The position numbers and the translations under genes are program-made. The notes under the pieces are model-generated. The model was not told where the DNA came from. It saw only the letters and a list, made by a program, of their open reading frames with translations, and did not search any database. DNA of 64,000 nucleotides from Patescibacteria group bacterium. GTDB lineage: Bacteria; Patescibacteriota; Microgenomatia; UBA10105; UBA927. The stretch is from the NCBI GenBank assembly GCA_023379025.1, contig JAMCTH010000009.1, forward strand, positions 133,092 to 197,091. Reading direction: 5' to 3'. Below, in pieces: positions 1 to 9,587 of this stretch (its first letter is position 1; every line of letters begins with the position of its first letter).

Positions 1-2
1 TC

Positions 3-1031
3 AAAATCGACCGTCATGCGGTCCAAACCTATCTTCTGGAAAGGAAAAAGCAGCCGGAAAAAGCAGCGCATGGTTTGTCCGCAACAAAAGGCGATGCGCT
101 TGTTACCCTGCTCGGACGGGTGACCCATATACGCGAATCAGCAATTCATGACAACTCATTCCTCGTCCGTGACTTGGGATTTGATTCGTTAAAACGCGTG
201 GAGCTCGTGTCCCTCATCGAAGAAGAGTTTGACCGTGAAATCGACGAGACCGCCATAGGAAAAGATACGACAGTCACTGCGCTCCGACGCCTCATACATA
301 CAACCTCGGTAACACAATATCCCTATGACATAGATACCATTGCCGCCGCGCTCCGAAAACCATGGAACCAAACCCTGAGAGTTTTTCTTCAAAATACGGT
401 CTTGTTTCCGTTTTTACGGATTTTCGTTCGGATTACCGTGGAATCCGCCATAAATTTTTCCGACATTACCCTGCCTGTTGTATTCGTCGGAAACCACCCG
501 AATCCTCCGTACGACGCCGCCTGTTTATTTCAGGCGCTGCCGACAAGAATACGGCGTCGCCTGGTTGGTCCGGGAGATGATACGTACTGGAAAAATGTCT
601 TTGCCCTCTGGACACGGTATGTTTCCTCACCGCTCACCGGAGCGTATCCCATCGACAAACACGGCGGACCGGTAGCCAAAGCTCTTGACGTCACCGCTGA
701 TTTTCTGGACGACGGATACGCGGTATTTATCCTGCCTGAAGGCGCCCCGACCCCCAAAGGAGCCCTCCTCGGCCCGCTCAAAAGCGGCGTCGAAGTACTT
801 CTCTCGGGCACCAATATCCCTCTTATTCCGTACTTTGTCTCGGGAAATCTCGGCAAAACCTTCCCGCGGTATGAGGAAACCTTTCACCTTCTTCATTATG
901 TTCCGCATGGGATTTCCCATATCCGCCTTGCGGTCGGCAAACCCTTTACGCTCCGCGATGTCCGGGGACCCGGAGCACTTGCGCTGATACGGAAAAATAT
1001 CCTGGACCTTGCGCCTCCGGTTCAGCCGTGA
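3..1031 (+). CDS. 3' part of AMP-binding enzyme-ACP-lysophospholipid acyltransferase fusion (Aas-like), 5'-partial
   Basis: Frame is open from base 3 and begins KIDR (resembles the A10 motif of adenylate-forming enzymes); ACP motif DLGFDSLKRVEL; acyltransferase motifs NHPNPPYD and FILPEG. Confidence 0.8.
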   Translation, partial: KIDRHAVQTYLLERKKQPEKAAHGLSATKGDALVTLLGRVTHIRESAIHDNSFLVRDLGFDSLKRVELVSLIEEEFDREIDETAIGKDTTVTALRRLIHTTSVTQYPYDIDTIAAALRKPWNQTLRVFLQNTVLFPFLRIFVRITVESAINFSDITLPVVFVGNHPNPPYDAACLFQALPTRIRRRLVGPGDDTYWKNVFALWTRYVSSPLTGAYPIDKHGGPVAKALDVTADFLDDGYAVFILPEGAPTPKGALLGPLKSGVEVLLSGTNIPLIPYFVSGNLGKTFPRYEETFHLLHYVPHGISHIRLAVGKPFTLRDVRGPGALALIRKNILDLAPPVQP

Positions 1032-1855
1032 TTCTCCAGAAAGGAAAGGAGTCTCGTGGCAAGCGGTCCCGGCATATCCGACGGTATGTAATGCTCTGCT
1101 GCAAGCGGGCAAAGTTCCGCTCCGGCGATATTGGTATAAAGCGCCGTTCCCTGAACGGCATTTATTGCGGCGTCACGGGTCCCGTAAATCAAAAGCGCCG
1201 GGACACAGAGCTTCTCAAGCCACGGACGAAAATCTTCCCGCAGGATATCATCAAAACACTTTGCATAACTTTTAGCCGGTAATCTGCGAAGCTCTTCCTG
1301 AAGTTTTATACTGTTTTCCAGGGCCCGCTCTCTTTTTTTTCTGTTCGGGAAAATAATGCGGGCCAATACGTCATGAAGTTCTGGCTGCGCGGCAATCCAC
1401 TCCGCTATCTCAAGTGTTTTCCGGCTGTGAAGCGCAAATTCCAGTGCAGAAAGCCAAAGAAGCGGAAGGCGTTTTGTATGATCGCGAAGCGGGGAAGATA
1501 CCATGACGAGCGCCCGGACGCTTTTTGGGTGCTCTCCCGCATACCGAAGCGCAATAAGCGACCCCAGTGAGTGTCCCACGATGACCGGTTTCTGGATATG
1601 AAAATAGCGGATAAGTTTGTAAAGAAACCGGTGATACGTATGGAGTGTATAGACGCGTCCGGATGCGTTATGTGAACCATAGAGCGGCAAATCGAACGCC
1701 CACACCCTGTGATGGCAAGCGCAACGTTTCAATACTTCCGACCACAGCGCACAACCGGAAGCAAGACCCGGAAGAAAAACGATGGGCTTTCCTCTCCCGT
1801 CCGTAATATAGGTTATAGTCCTCCCGTCCATACGGACGGATTGTTTTTTTACCAT
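1022..1855 (-). CDS. alpha/beta fold hydrolase
   Basis: GHSLG nucleophile elbow, FLPG, DLPLYG, LIYGTRD, C-terminal His. Confidence 0.9.
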   Translation of the reverse strand: MVKKQSVRMDGRTITYITDGRGKPIVFLPGLASGCALWSEVLKRCACHHRVWAFDLPLYGSHNASGRVYTLHTYHRFLYKLIRYFHIQKPVIVGHSLGSLIALRYAGEHPKSVRALVMVSSPLRDHTKRLPLLWLSALEFALHSRKTLEIAEWIAAQPELHDVLARIIFPNRKKRERALENSIKLQEELRRLPAKSYAKCFDDILREDFRPWLEKLCVPALLIYGTRDAAINAVQGTALYTNIAGAELCPLAAEHYIPSDMPGPLATRLLSFLENHG

Positions 1856-1909
1856 ATGACGTCTTCCTCTTCATGCTATCAAAGCGGAAAAGCAAAAAGA
1901 AGACCGCAG

Positions 1910-2560
1910 TCAGTCGCTGCTGCGGACGGCAAGTACTGTCCCCTTGTGCACGGTGACCCTGGCTTTCTTTCCGCTGAACTCATTACTGATGCCGAGAGTT
2001 GACGGACGGGTAACGTTGTGCTTTGCCACCTCATACCGAAAACCGCGCAGCGTTATGACAGCGGACCGGCTCAGCGGAAGAAACGAAATATACCGATAAC
2101 GGCCGGAACGCTCCAGTATCGCTTCCCGGGGAAGAAGAAAGAGTTCATTGTTCCCGTCCCGTATCCGAAGATCGGTAAACACCCGTCCCCATGTTTCCAG
2201 AAGATGTGCCGCCGCGAGACTATGGTCTACGCGTCCTCCGGTTACGCCCCACAGCGTTATCCGATCCGCAGGTATCTCCCGGACATAGCGGAGGGCCAGT
2301 TCCAGATCCGTCTGATCCTTCTTCCGGGGATAGGTGATAAGTTTCGGAATGTCCCGCCGGATGAGCGTCATTTCCTCCCGCGAAACCGAGTCAAAATCCC
2401 CAATAGCAACCGCGGCAACAATATGCCGCTTGAGAAGCCACGCCGCACCACGGTCTACACCGATAATCACCCGGCAAGCGGCAATATCCGGCAGAAACCC
2501 ATCTGATAAAGGTCCTCCCGCGACGATGGCGATCTGATTTTCTGTCTTCGTTATTTTCAT
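1910..2560 (-). CDS. thiN: thiamine diphosphokinase
   Basis: GVDRGA, IGDFDS, KDQTDLELAL, GGRVDH, LGISNE; start moved to ATG 2560 behind AGGAG. Confidence 0.92.
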   Translation of the reverse strand: MKITKTENQIAIVAGGPLSDGFLPDIAACRVIIGVDRGAAWLLKRHIVAAVAIGDFDSVSREEMTLIRRDIPKLITYPRKKDQTDLELALRYVREIPADRITLWGVTGGRVDHSLAAAHLLETWGRVFTDLRIRDGNNELFLLPREAILERSGRYRYISFLPLSRSAVITLRGFRYEVAKHNVTRPSTLGISNEFSGKKARVTVHKGTVLAVRSSD

Positions 2561-2571
2561 ACTCCTGTCAG

Positions 2572-3261
2572 TCAGCGCGCCAGGGAAACCGCCCATACAT
2601 GCCGGAAGCCGGCACGCTTGAGTGCACTGACTGCTGATCTCATGGTAGCACCGGTCGTAAACACATCATCAAATACAAAAAGATTAAGAGACTGAAAAAC
2701 CTGAAGGTTTGATGGGGTAGTAAAAACACCCCTCATGTTTTCCAACCTCTTTTTCCTGTCTTTCATCCCAACCTGCGGTGTCGTCTTTTGCATACGTTTC
2801 AACATGTCGGTACGCGTGTGAATGCGTAACTTTGCAGCAATGAGGTTTCCCAGTATTTCTGCCTGATTGAAACCCCGCTCACGGTATCGGGACGGATGAA
2901 GGGGGATGGGGACAAGCATCGCTTCACTATCACAGTGTTTCATTGCGGAAGATAACGATTGGGGCGGAATAAGTTCAATAAGTTCGCGGGCCAGGTCTGA
3001 AACCAGGCGATATTTAATGGCTTTAACGGCCTTTTTTATGACCCCAGTGTAGTGAAAAAAAGAAATGAGGCCGTCTACGGTGTAGCGGGTTTTACAAACA
3101 GGATGGGTCATGCCGTCAATCGCCGGCCGTTCACATATTGGGCAGATTGTTTCACTCCGCACAATGGGTTTCACGGTAGCGCAGCATCGGCCACAAATAT
3201 ATTGACCGATCCTGCCGCAGCCAACACACCGCCTCGGGAACAAATAATCAAGGATATTCAC
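2572..3261 (-). CDS. comF: ComF family competence protein (zinc ribbon + PRTase fold)
   Basis: LFPRRCVGC, ICGRC, CPIC, PIPLH, RGFNQA, DDVFTTGAT; GTG start at 3261 behind GAGG, because the longer ORF runs into the tmRNA. Confidence 0.9.
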   Translation of the reverse strand: MNILDYLFPRRCVGCGRIGQYICGRCCATVKPIVRSETICPICERPAIDGMTHPVCKTRYTVDGLISFFHYTGVIKKAVKAIKYRLVSDLARELIELIPPQSLSSAMKHCDSEAMLVPIPLHPSRYRERGFNQAEILGNLIAAKLRIHTRTDMLKRMQKTTPQVGMKDRKKRLENMRGVFTTPSNLQVFQSLNLFVFDDVFTTGATMRSAVSALKRAGFRHVWAVSLAR

Positions 3262-3340
3262 CACAAAACCTCTTTTTCGGTTCTGATAAAAATCCCGCAC
3301 CGGATGAAGAACCGCCTCAACGCAGGAGAGGCCTGCTTTG

Positions 3341-3759
3341 TGGAGATGCCGGGTAATGAGCCCGGGTCCGAAGAAATACACGAGAAACGTCTACAAGCGT
3401 AGTCAGTCAACAGATGTCGTCTTTCCCTGATCCGGCTGACAGGAAAGGAAAGGCCAAGGCGTATTGATCGTGACCCTGCCGGAACGCCGAACCGGCAAAG
3501 CTGAACCCCGGCTCGATGTACACCTCATGGCGGCCACCGGAGAAGCCGGCCGTGAGATGGACGTTAGGCCCGAAGGTATTGTGCGTTCGCAAATGCCAAT
3601 CGTGCCTGCCGTCGCTCGAGAGCCAGCATTCTGAGTGCCAGTTCATCGAGCTCGCTAAGAGTAGACTTAGCAATTATGGTTGACAACAGTTTTACGGCTC
3701 GTTTGTCATCGCCGGCTTGCGGTTTTTAATGTACTTGCCTCGTCGAGTCGTACATCCCC
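3341..3759 (-). ncRNA. ssrA: tmRNA
   Basis: 5' GGGGATG pairs with 3' CATCTCC-A including G3:U; T-arm CCGGG-7nt-CCCGG; PK1 (CGGC/GCCG, TGACAA/TTGTCA); ATAATT-GCT resume signal; lies 32 bp downstream of smpB. Confidence 0.93.
3564..3671 (-). other. tmRNA tag reading frame AKSTLSELDELALRMLALERRQARLAFANAQYLRA*
   Basis: GCT resume codon after PK1 and ATAATT; open for 35 codons to TAA; ends YLRA. Confidence 0.75.
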
Positions 3760-3791
3760 TTCGTGAACAGGTTTCACAACCTTGTCCTGAT

Positions 3792-4235
3792 CTACCTGAG
3801 TTTCCCCCTATATTCTCGCTGGATCTCGCGGTCCTGGTCCTCCCGCCGTTTTGCTTCTCGCTTTTCATACTGCTTTTTCCCGCGCGCGAGGCCGATTTCG
3901 AGTTTTATGAGAGGGCCCCTAGTATACCAGGCAAGCGGTATCAGGGTCAAACGGGATGTATCGAGCTTGTTTTTCAGCGCGATAAGCTCTTTTTTATGAA
4001 GAAGCAGCTTCCTGGTGCGCTTTGGATCGTATCCTTCGGGTCGTGCGTAAATATACGGAAAAATATGTGCGTTCACGAGGTATGCTTCTGAACCGATAAC
4101 ACGCACAAACGAACCGTCCAGCTTCGCATGGCCGGTTTTCAGCGATTTGACCTCCGGCCCCGTCAGCTGCACGCCCGCCTCAACATGTTCGAGAACCGTG
4201 TAATCAAATGTTGCTTTTTTGTTATAAATCTTCAT
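3792..4235 (-). CDS. smpB: SsrA-binding protein
   Basis: NKKATFDY, EAGVQLTGPEVKS, RTRKLLLHKKE, GKKQYEKR. Confidence 0.98.
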   Translation of the reverse strand: MKIYNKKATFDYTVLEHVEAGVQLTGPEVKSLKTGHAKLDGSFVRVIGSEAYLVNAHIFPYIYARPEGYDPKRTRKLLLHKKELIALKNKLDTSRLTLIPLAWYTRGPLIKLEIGLARGKKQYEKREAKRREDQDREIQREYRGKLR

Positions 4236-4253
4236 ATGGCGGACAACTCACGG

Positions 4254-6089
4254 TTATTTCAGCGGAAACGAATATAGTTTGCCGTTTGCCAATAAGAAAA
4301 CCAGTTTGTTTGTTTCCGAAACCGCAAATTGCGACGGCTGCAGGCTTGCATCCCACTGATATTGTGCGACATATGTACCATCCTTGTCCATCACTACAAT
4401 GCGCTTATTATCACTGTCCAATACATAAACCCGTTGGGCCGCGTCAGACGTGTATACGGACAGCGTTGTCCCAAACGGAGGACTGACACCCTGGGGCACA
4501 AATGTATCCGGTTTTCCCTGTGTAAATCGCAATACCTGGCCCCCGCGGGTTCCAATCCAGACCGAACCGTCTATCGCCATCCCTGTTGCAGCCCGAAAGT
4601 CTGGGATGGTATCCGGATTGAGATACTCCCGAAGCTCGGAAAATCCCGTATCCGTTGCCACGTATTTCCATATTCTGCTTGCCCCGCTGTCCAGAAGGTA
4701 TATATTGCCGCCAAATGCGACTACAGCACTGATCGTTTCCCAATGAGCATCGTTTTTGATGAGTCCTTGCGTCCCGGGCGGTGACCGAAGAGAAAGGCTC
4801 CTGATGCCGTCTGAAACTAAAACAAAGACGGTGTCCCCGTGTATACCGATAAGACGCGACCCGACCAGAGACTCCCCTCCTCCGAGCACCTGACCGCTTT
4901 TCGTATCGACGGACACGGTAAATACCGTATTAGTGGTGGCATCGAGAAGCGCAAGCGTGTTTTGTTCCAGTGCAAAGGTACGTATCGTCGCGTTTTTTTT
5001 AAGAAGACTTGCATCATAAAAGACGGACGGCGCTACCCTGATAACCTGCATCGCCATGGTCAGGCTGTCGGTAATCTGCTGATACAGCCGGTGCAACGCT
5101 TTCCCGTCCTCTGTGCCGGCAGACACGGTCGCAACAACAGGCGTCAGGAGATCTTTTGCCGCATTGAGCCGTTCCCTCCCTTTCAGCGGATTCAGATCGA
5201 GCAGCGCGACGCCTTCGTCATAGGAATGCTGGGCTTCATTCACAACCTGCCGGACCGATGCCGTTCCTCCTGCAGAACCCGCCTCTTTCCGGATGCCCAG
5301 CACGATGCTCGCCACAAAGAGAAGAAACAAGATGCCGGTCACCAAAAGGAGGGGGGTATTGCGTGTTTCGGCAAACGCGCGCAGCCGATGAACCTGCCGC
5401 GTCACTCTCCTCATGCGGTGGGATGCAACGGTCTGCCGCATCGTTGCCCAGAAGCGGGCGGGCGGGCGGGCGGTGTAGTTCGTGCTCACGGCCTCGGACC
5501 GCACGCGGCCGGCAGCCGGTTCTTCCTCTACCGGCACCAGTCCTTTCACCTGAAATATAAGCGCCGCTCCCCCGTCAGCCCCCGCGGATCCATGCAGAAG
5601 CAGGGTCAGTTTCTCCGCCACTTCTTCCGAGGACAAATGATCAAACGCGCCGGCGAGCTCGTCTTTTGTCAAACCGCGTTCAAATCCCCGTGTTGCCAGA
5701 ATAAAGGTGTCCCCTTCTCGGACTTCTCCGGAAAGACCGGAGGCACGCTCAAGCAGGACGGATACCGCGCTGCCGCGTTTGCAATACACGCAGCCCTCCC
5801 CCGCCATCACAAGATACACGACATTGCCAACCGGTACCATGAGGATGAGTGACCGTATGACGGATTCCTTCATACGGACTGCCAGATGTTCAACGTCTGT
5901 CAGAGAGGTAAGGTGCCCCGCCGCCGCTTCAGATAGGGCACTGAGGATGCGGATACCGCGGTCGCGTGCATGACCCTCCGGGTCTTCAATCTCAATGGCA
6001 CCGTACAGCTGGGGACTCAGCAGGACCTGCCCCCAACGGGTATCACTGACCGCGCCGACCACCGAACCGGTAGAAGGTGTTATGCGCAT
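4254..6089 (-). CDS. membrane protein: degenerate PP2C-like N-domain, one TM helix, C-terminal beta-propeller
   Basis: GEVREGDTFILATRGF resembles a PP2C strand lacking the DG Asp; central TM; NHL-like blades (IYLLD, VYVLDSDNKRIVV). Confidence 0.6.
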   Translation of the reverse strand: MRITPSTGSVVGAVSDTRWGQVLLSPQLYGAIEIEDPEGHARDRGIRILSALSEAAAGHLTSLTDVEHLAVRMKESVIRSLILMVPVGNVVYLVMAGEGCVYCKRGSAVSVLLERASGLSGEVREGDTFILATRGFERGLTKDELAGAFDHLSSEEVAEKLTLLLHGSAGADGGAALIFQVKGLVPVEEEPAAGRVRSEAVSTNYTARPPARFWATMRQTVASHRMRRVTRQVHRLRAFAETRNTPLLLVTGILFLLFVASIVLGIRKEAGSAGGTASVRQVVNEAQHSYDEGVALLDLNPLKGRERLNAAKDLLTPVVATVSAGTEDGKALHRLYQQITDSLTMAMQVIRVAPSVFYDASLLKKNATIRTFALEQNTLALLDATTNTVFTVSVDTKSGQVLGGGESLVGSRLIGIHGDTVFVLVSDGIRSLSLRSPPGTQGLIKNDAHWETISAVVAFGGNIYLLDSGASRIWKYVATDTGFSELREYLNPDTIPDFRAATGMAIDGSVWIGTRGGQVLRFTQGKPDTFVPQGVSPPFGTTLSVYTSDAAQRVYVLDSDNKRIVVMDKDGTYVAQYQWDASLQPSQFAVSETNKLVFLLANGKLYSFPLK

Positions 6090-6145
6090 ACCTCCATCCT
6101 ATCATGCTCGCTTCTGCCATAGCCGTATGGATTCAAGGCCGGTCG

Positions 6146-6364
6146 TTAAATAAGGATAACCGTCAGAATAAACAGTGCGATCGAAGCGGATAAGTGGATA
6201 ATCGTCAAAAGTCGAAGAATAGGCTCTGACGTCTCCTCAAGAACCGAAGCCATGAGCTGCTCCTGCCGGACAATGACCGCGGCAAACACCGTATACACCC
6301 CAAGACCGATGAGGATCAGGATTTTGAGCGTGAGAAGCGTCGTCGCAGCGATGTCCGGCATCAC
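6146..6364 (-). CDS. small two-TM membrane protein (DUF5657-like)
   Basis: 72 aa, two hydrophobic helices, YTVFAAVIVRQ; start overlaps the upstream stop. Confidence 0.7.
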   Translation of the reverse strand: MMPDIAATTLLTLKILILIGLGVYTVFAAVIVRQEQLMASVLEETSEPILRLLTIIHLSASIALFILTVILI

Positions 6365-6999
6365 AGGCCGCCCCCTTCCCCCTGCTCAATCAGGGACCGG
6401 ATTGTCGCAACGATCTTTTCCGGTTGCGGAACTGCCTCAAACTCTATATTCGGAAGTTCTCCTGCGGTTTCTACCAGAATATTGCCGTAGTTAAAAACCG
6501 TTGCCGCAATCCCGCCGGTCGTGAACGATATATCCTGAATTTTTGTGAGTTCCGCTTCGGAAAATCGCTTAAACAATAAATAGTAAAAATCGATGTCCAC
6601 GATGCGTTCATCCGTTACGATATAAATATTGAAAAACCAGTGGAGAAAACTCGCCAGAATAAATCCGAAGGCGGCCAGATACCAGAACATGGTCCCGATA
6701 AGGACAAACCCTCCGGGTAAAACAATCGGAAGATGCACAAACCGGAACAACACCGGCAAAAGGATAACAGGGGCAATGAGCAACAGCAATGCGATCAGGA
6801 TCCAGGGTATATTGACCACCACATGCTGCCGGAGGAATAACACGACGGTCTCCTGCGCTTCCTGCGTTTCAAAATGAACGCCTTCCGGATTGACCGCGAA
6901 GCTGGTAAAAATCCTCATGGGAGAATGCTTGGTGCTATCCATGGCCGGAGATGTCCGGGAGGGATTCTGACGCGCTGGCATTTCGAACAAAGTCGGCAT
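6361..6999 (-). CDS. two-TM protein with bacterial PH domain
   Basis: LFLRQH, two TMs, YIVTDERIVD, KIQDIS, FNYGNILVETAG. Confidence 0.8.
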   Translation of the reverse strand: MPTLFEMPARQNPSRTSPAMDSTKHSPMRIFTSFAVNPEGVHFETQEAQETVVLFLRQHVVVNIPWILIALLLLIAPVILLPVLFRFVHLPIVLPGGFVLIGTMFWYLAAFGFILASFLHWFFNIYIVTDERIVDIDFYYLLFKRFSEAELTKIQDISFTTGGIAATVFNYGNILVETAGELPNIEFEAVPQPEKIVATIRSLIEQGEGGGL

Positions 7000-7071
7000 C
7001 CTCTGTACCATACTACAAAAAAGCCGTTTGGGCAACTTGACCGCCCTTTTTCCCACCCGTCTTCCCGCCGG

Positions 7072-8790
7072 CTATTTGTATTCGATGTTAAAAAGGGGAC
7101 TCCGTATGGCAATGTACCCCGGCGCACGCAGGTTGAAGGCATCTTTGAATTCGTTGCCGGGAATATCTATCGGTCCTTTGTTCGTCATAAGGTGCACGGT
7201 GTCGGTGTATCCCCCGGAATTATACGTGACGGAAACCGAAAAAATGCCGGTAAACCCTCCGAGATCCCTGAGTTCTCCCATTGAATACGGATTGCCGCTG
7301 ACGCCGTTGATCGAGCAGCTGTTGATCGTTACCGGCAGAATACGGCCGGCATCCCCTTTGTTATAGTTCCGTACATACCAGGCGTTGACAATATCTGCAA
7401 ACTCCTCTCCGGTGAGCCATGGAGAGGACTTGCCGCAGGTATCCGAGGAGTTGCTGTAACTGCTCGTATACCACCCTTTATAAAACCAGGGGCTACCGGC
7501 GATTTTTTCGTAGGCATCGCCGGTCCAGCACCCCTGATTTCCGCATTTGGTATCCCACCCCGAGGTTGTGAGGTAGCCGCCGGTCGTTGACGAATAGTAA
7601 GCCGTTGCACACTCAACCACTTCGCCCCGTGTGGCGGTCACGGCATCATGCCATGCTCCGGGCGGACTATTTGCCTTCCCGTCGTTATAGACCTGGCAGG
7701 ATTCGGATGTGCAGATCGCCTGGCCGGAACTTTTATAACTCATCGCATAGGAACGTGCGGCGACCGCCTGTGCTTTCAGCGCATCGGACGGAAAACTTGC
7801 CGGCATTTCCGCAATGCCCATAAGATAACGGTTTTCAAAATCCATGGATCCGTACCCTGAAACATTGATATTGCCTCCTGTATCCTTGCTTGACACATCG
7901 CAGCCGTAGTATGCTTTCAGGATGTCGTGATAGTTCTGCCCGGATTCTGCCCTTCCTTTGGCCCCGTACTGACTCATCCCCTTCCGGTGGGTAAATGCCC
8001 CGAAAGAAAACCCTGCAAATGCCGGACTAAAACCCGGATTATAGTTCGGTGATGCATTCGGATCGTCAGCAAGCGGCACATCTCCGACACTTGTCGTAAA
8101 TGTACCAGACCGGGCATTTAATATTGCCTGCTGCTGCGCGGTCAGGCTCGCAATAATACCGGTCAGTTGTGTTTCATAGGCATTGGCCTCATCAACCAAC
8201 TTTTGCGCGGCGGCCGCCCGTTTATCCGTCTCTGCTTTTAAAACGGCAAGCGTTGCCTGTTCCGCTTCAAGTTCCTTTTTTTTCTGTTCCAGAACATTGA
8301 CGGCTACCGCCGTCTCCGCAATGGCGGTTTTATCCTCATTGATGACCGCCTGCTGATAGCCCATCACACGGAACATCGACCCGATGTCCGAAGAGGACAG
8401 GAGTGCTGAAAACGTATTATAGCTGAAACTGCGCATATAAAACTCCCGGATCCGGCGGCTTGCTACCGTCAGAAGTCCGCCCAATTGTTTTTCTCCCCGG
8501 GCAATTTCTACCGCCTTCTGCGCCACCTCCCCTTCGATTGCCTGGATGCGCGCCTGAAATGCCGCAATGTCCGCCTCCATCTTCTCGAGGGCGGCAACGT
8601 GCGGCTGCTTGGCTACCTCCATCTGATTCCATGCGTCCTTGCATTTGTCGATCTTTGCCTGCAGATCGCCTATGCTGAGTGCGGACATATTGGACGTATC
8701 GCAGGTCTGCGCAAAAACAGCAGGGGAGACCATAATCATACCGAACAAACAAACCAGCGTAACGACCAGTGTCCGAAGGTAAAATTTCAT
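7072..8790 (-). CDS. secreted coiled-coil + SpoIID/LytB domain protein
   Basis: Signal peptide ending VFA-Q; long coiled coil; HRKGMSQYGA, YLMGIAEMP, ALKAQAVAARSY, CQVY. Confidence 0.85.
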   Translation of the reverse strand: MKFYLRTLVVTLVCLFGMIMVSPAVFAQTCDTSNMSALSIGDLQAKIDKCKDAWNQMEVAKQPHVAALEKMEADIAAFQARIQAIEGEVAQKAVEIARGEKQLGGLLTVASRRIREFYMRSFSYNTFSALLSSSDIGSMFRVMGYQQAVINEDKTAIAETAVAVNVLEQKKKELEAEQATLAVLKAETDKRAAAAQKLVDEANAYETQLTGIIASLTAQQQAILNARSGTFTTSVGDVPLADDPNASPNYNPGFSPAFAGFSFGAFTHRKGMSQYGAKGRAESGQNYHDILKAYYGCDVSSKDTGGNINVSGYGSMDFENRYLMGIAEMPASFPSDALKAQAVAARSYAMSYKSSGQAICTSESCQVYNDGKANSPPGAWHDAVTATRGEVVECATAYYSSTTGGYLTTSGWDTKCGNQGCWTGDAYEKIAGSPWFYKGWYTSSYSNSSDTCGKSSPWLTGEEFADIVNAWYVRNYNKGDAGRILPVTINSCSINGVSGNPYSMGELRDLGGFTGIFSVSVTYNSGGYTDTVHLMTNKGPIDIPGNEFKDAFNLRAPGYIAIRSPLFNIEYK

Positions 8791-8882
8791 AGGAAACACA
8801 TGGGCACTGTATATTTTACCATGGAGGGTAAGGCATCATTGCCGTTCTTTTCTTTTTTCCCCCGCTCTGTTAGACTTAGTAT

Positions 8883-9245
8883 ATGAAGCGCATCCCAACG
8901 GTCTTATTGGCTACTTTTGCCTTGTTTGAAGCTCCCCGTGTATACGCTCAGCAGCCGCAGATAAATATCAACGGATGTATCGATACCGCGCTCGGCTGTA
9001 TCAATCCCGATCCCGCATCCATTTTTACTAAATTTTTTGATGTAGGCATCGGACTAGCCGGCGGCATCGCATTTCTTCTCATTATTTTCGGGGGACTCCA
9101 GATCATGACCAGCACCGGAAACCCTGAAAAGCTCAACGAAGGGAGGGAACTTGTCGTATCGGCAATTGCAGGGCTTCTCCTCATCATCTTTTCCGTCTTT
9201 ATCCTTCGGCTCATCGGGGTAAATATTTTAGGTGTTTTCCGGTAA
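8883..9245 (+). CDS. VirB2/TrbC-like pilin 1
   Basis: Two TMs joined by GLQIMTSTGNPEKLNEGRELVVSAIAGL; full signal peptide. Confidence 0.85.
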   Translation: MKRIPTVLLATFALFEAPRVYAQQPQININGCIDTALGCINPDPASIFTKFFDVGIGLAGGIAFLLIIFGGLQIMTSTGNPEKLNEGRELVVSAIAGLLLIIFSVFILRLIGVNILGVFR

Positions 9246-9254
9246 AATACGAGT

Positions 9255-9575
9255 ATGCATACCCTGGCTCAGTCGCTCAACCTCCCCGGCGGACAAACCA
9301 TCACCGGACCGGTACCCTATACCGATATCGGGAGCGTTCTCAGTAAAGCTCTTCCGTATGTATTCGCATTTGCGGGATTCGGACTTCTTCTCATGATCGT
9401 TGCCGCAGGTATTACATTGATGACCAGCGCCGGAGATGCAAAAAAAATGGAGCAGGGAAAACAGCGCTTAACTTATGCACTGGTGGGCTTTTTCGTGATA
9501 TTTTTTTCATATTGGATTATGCTTCTTATCGGACGGATATTCGGCATCCAGGAAATCAATACTATTTTTCAGTAA
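9255..9575 (+). CDS. VirB2/TrbC-like pilin 2
   Basis: GITLMTSAGDAKKMEQGKQRLTYALVG between two TMs. Confidence 0.85.
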   Translation: MHTLAQSLNLPGGQTITGPVPYTDIGSVLSKALPYVFAFAGFGLLLMIVAAGITLMTSAGDAKKMEQGKQRLTYALVGFFVIFFSYWIMLLIGRIFGIQEINTIFQ

Positions 9576-9587
9576 ACACCTTGTCCC

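Noticed and set aside
3262-3381. N-terminal extension of ComF in the ORF track
   Set aside because: Overlaps the tmRNA 3' end; the family-like sequence and RBS start at 3261
3407-3673. 88-aa ORF next to smpB
   Set aside because: Lies wholly inside the tmRNA, in a different frame from the tag
4839-5852. Long antisense ORFs (also 29229-30188, 61653-62393 and others)
   Set aside because: Shadows of well-supported genes, with no motifs or start signals
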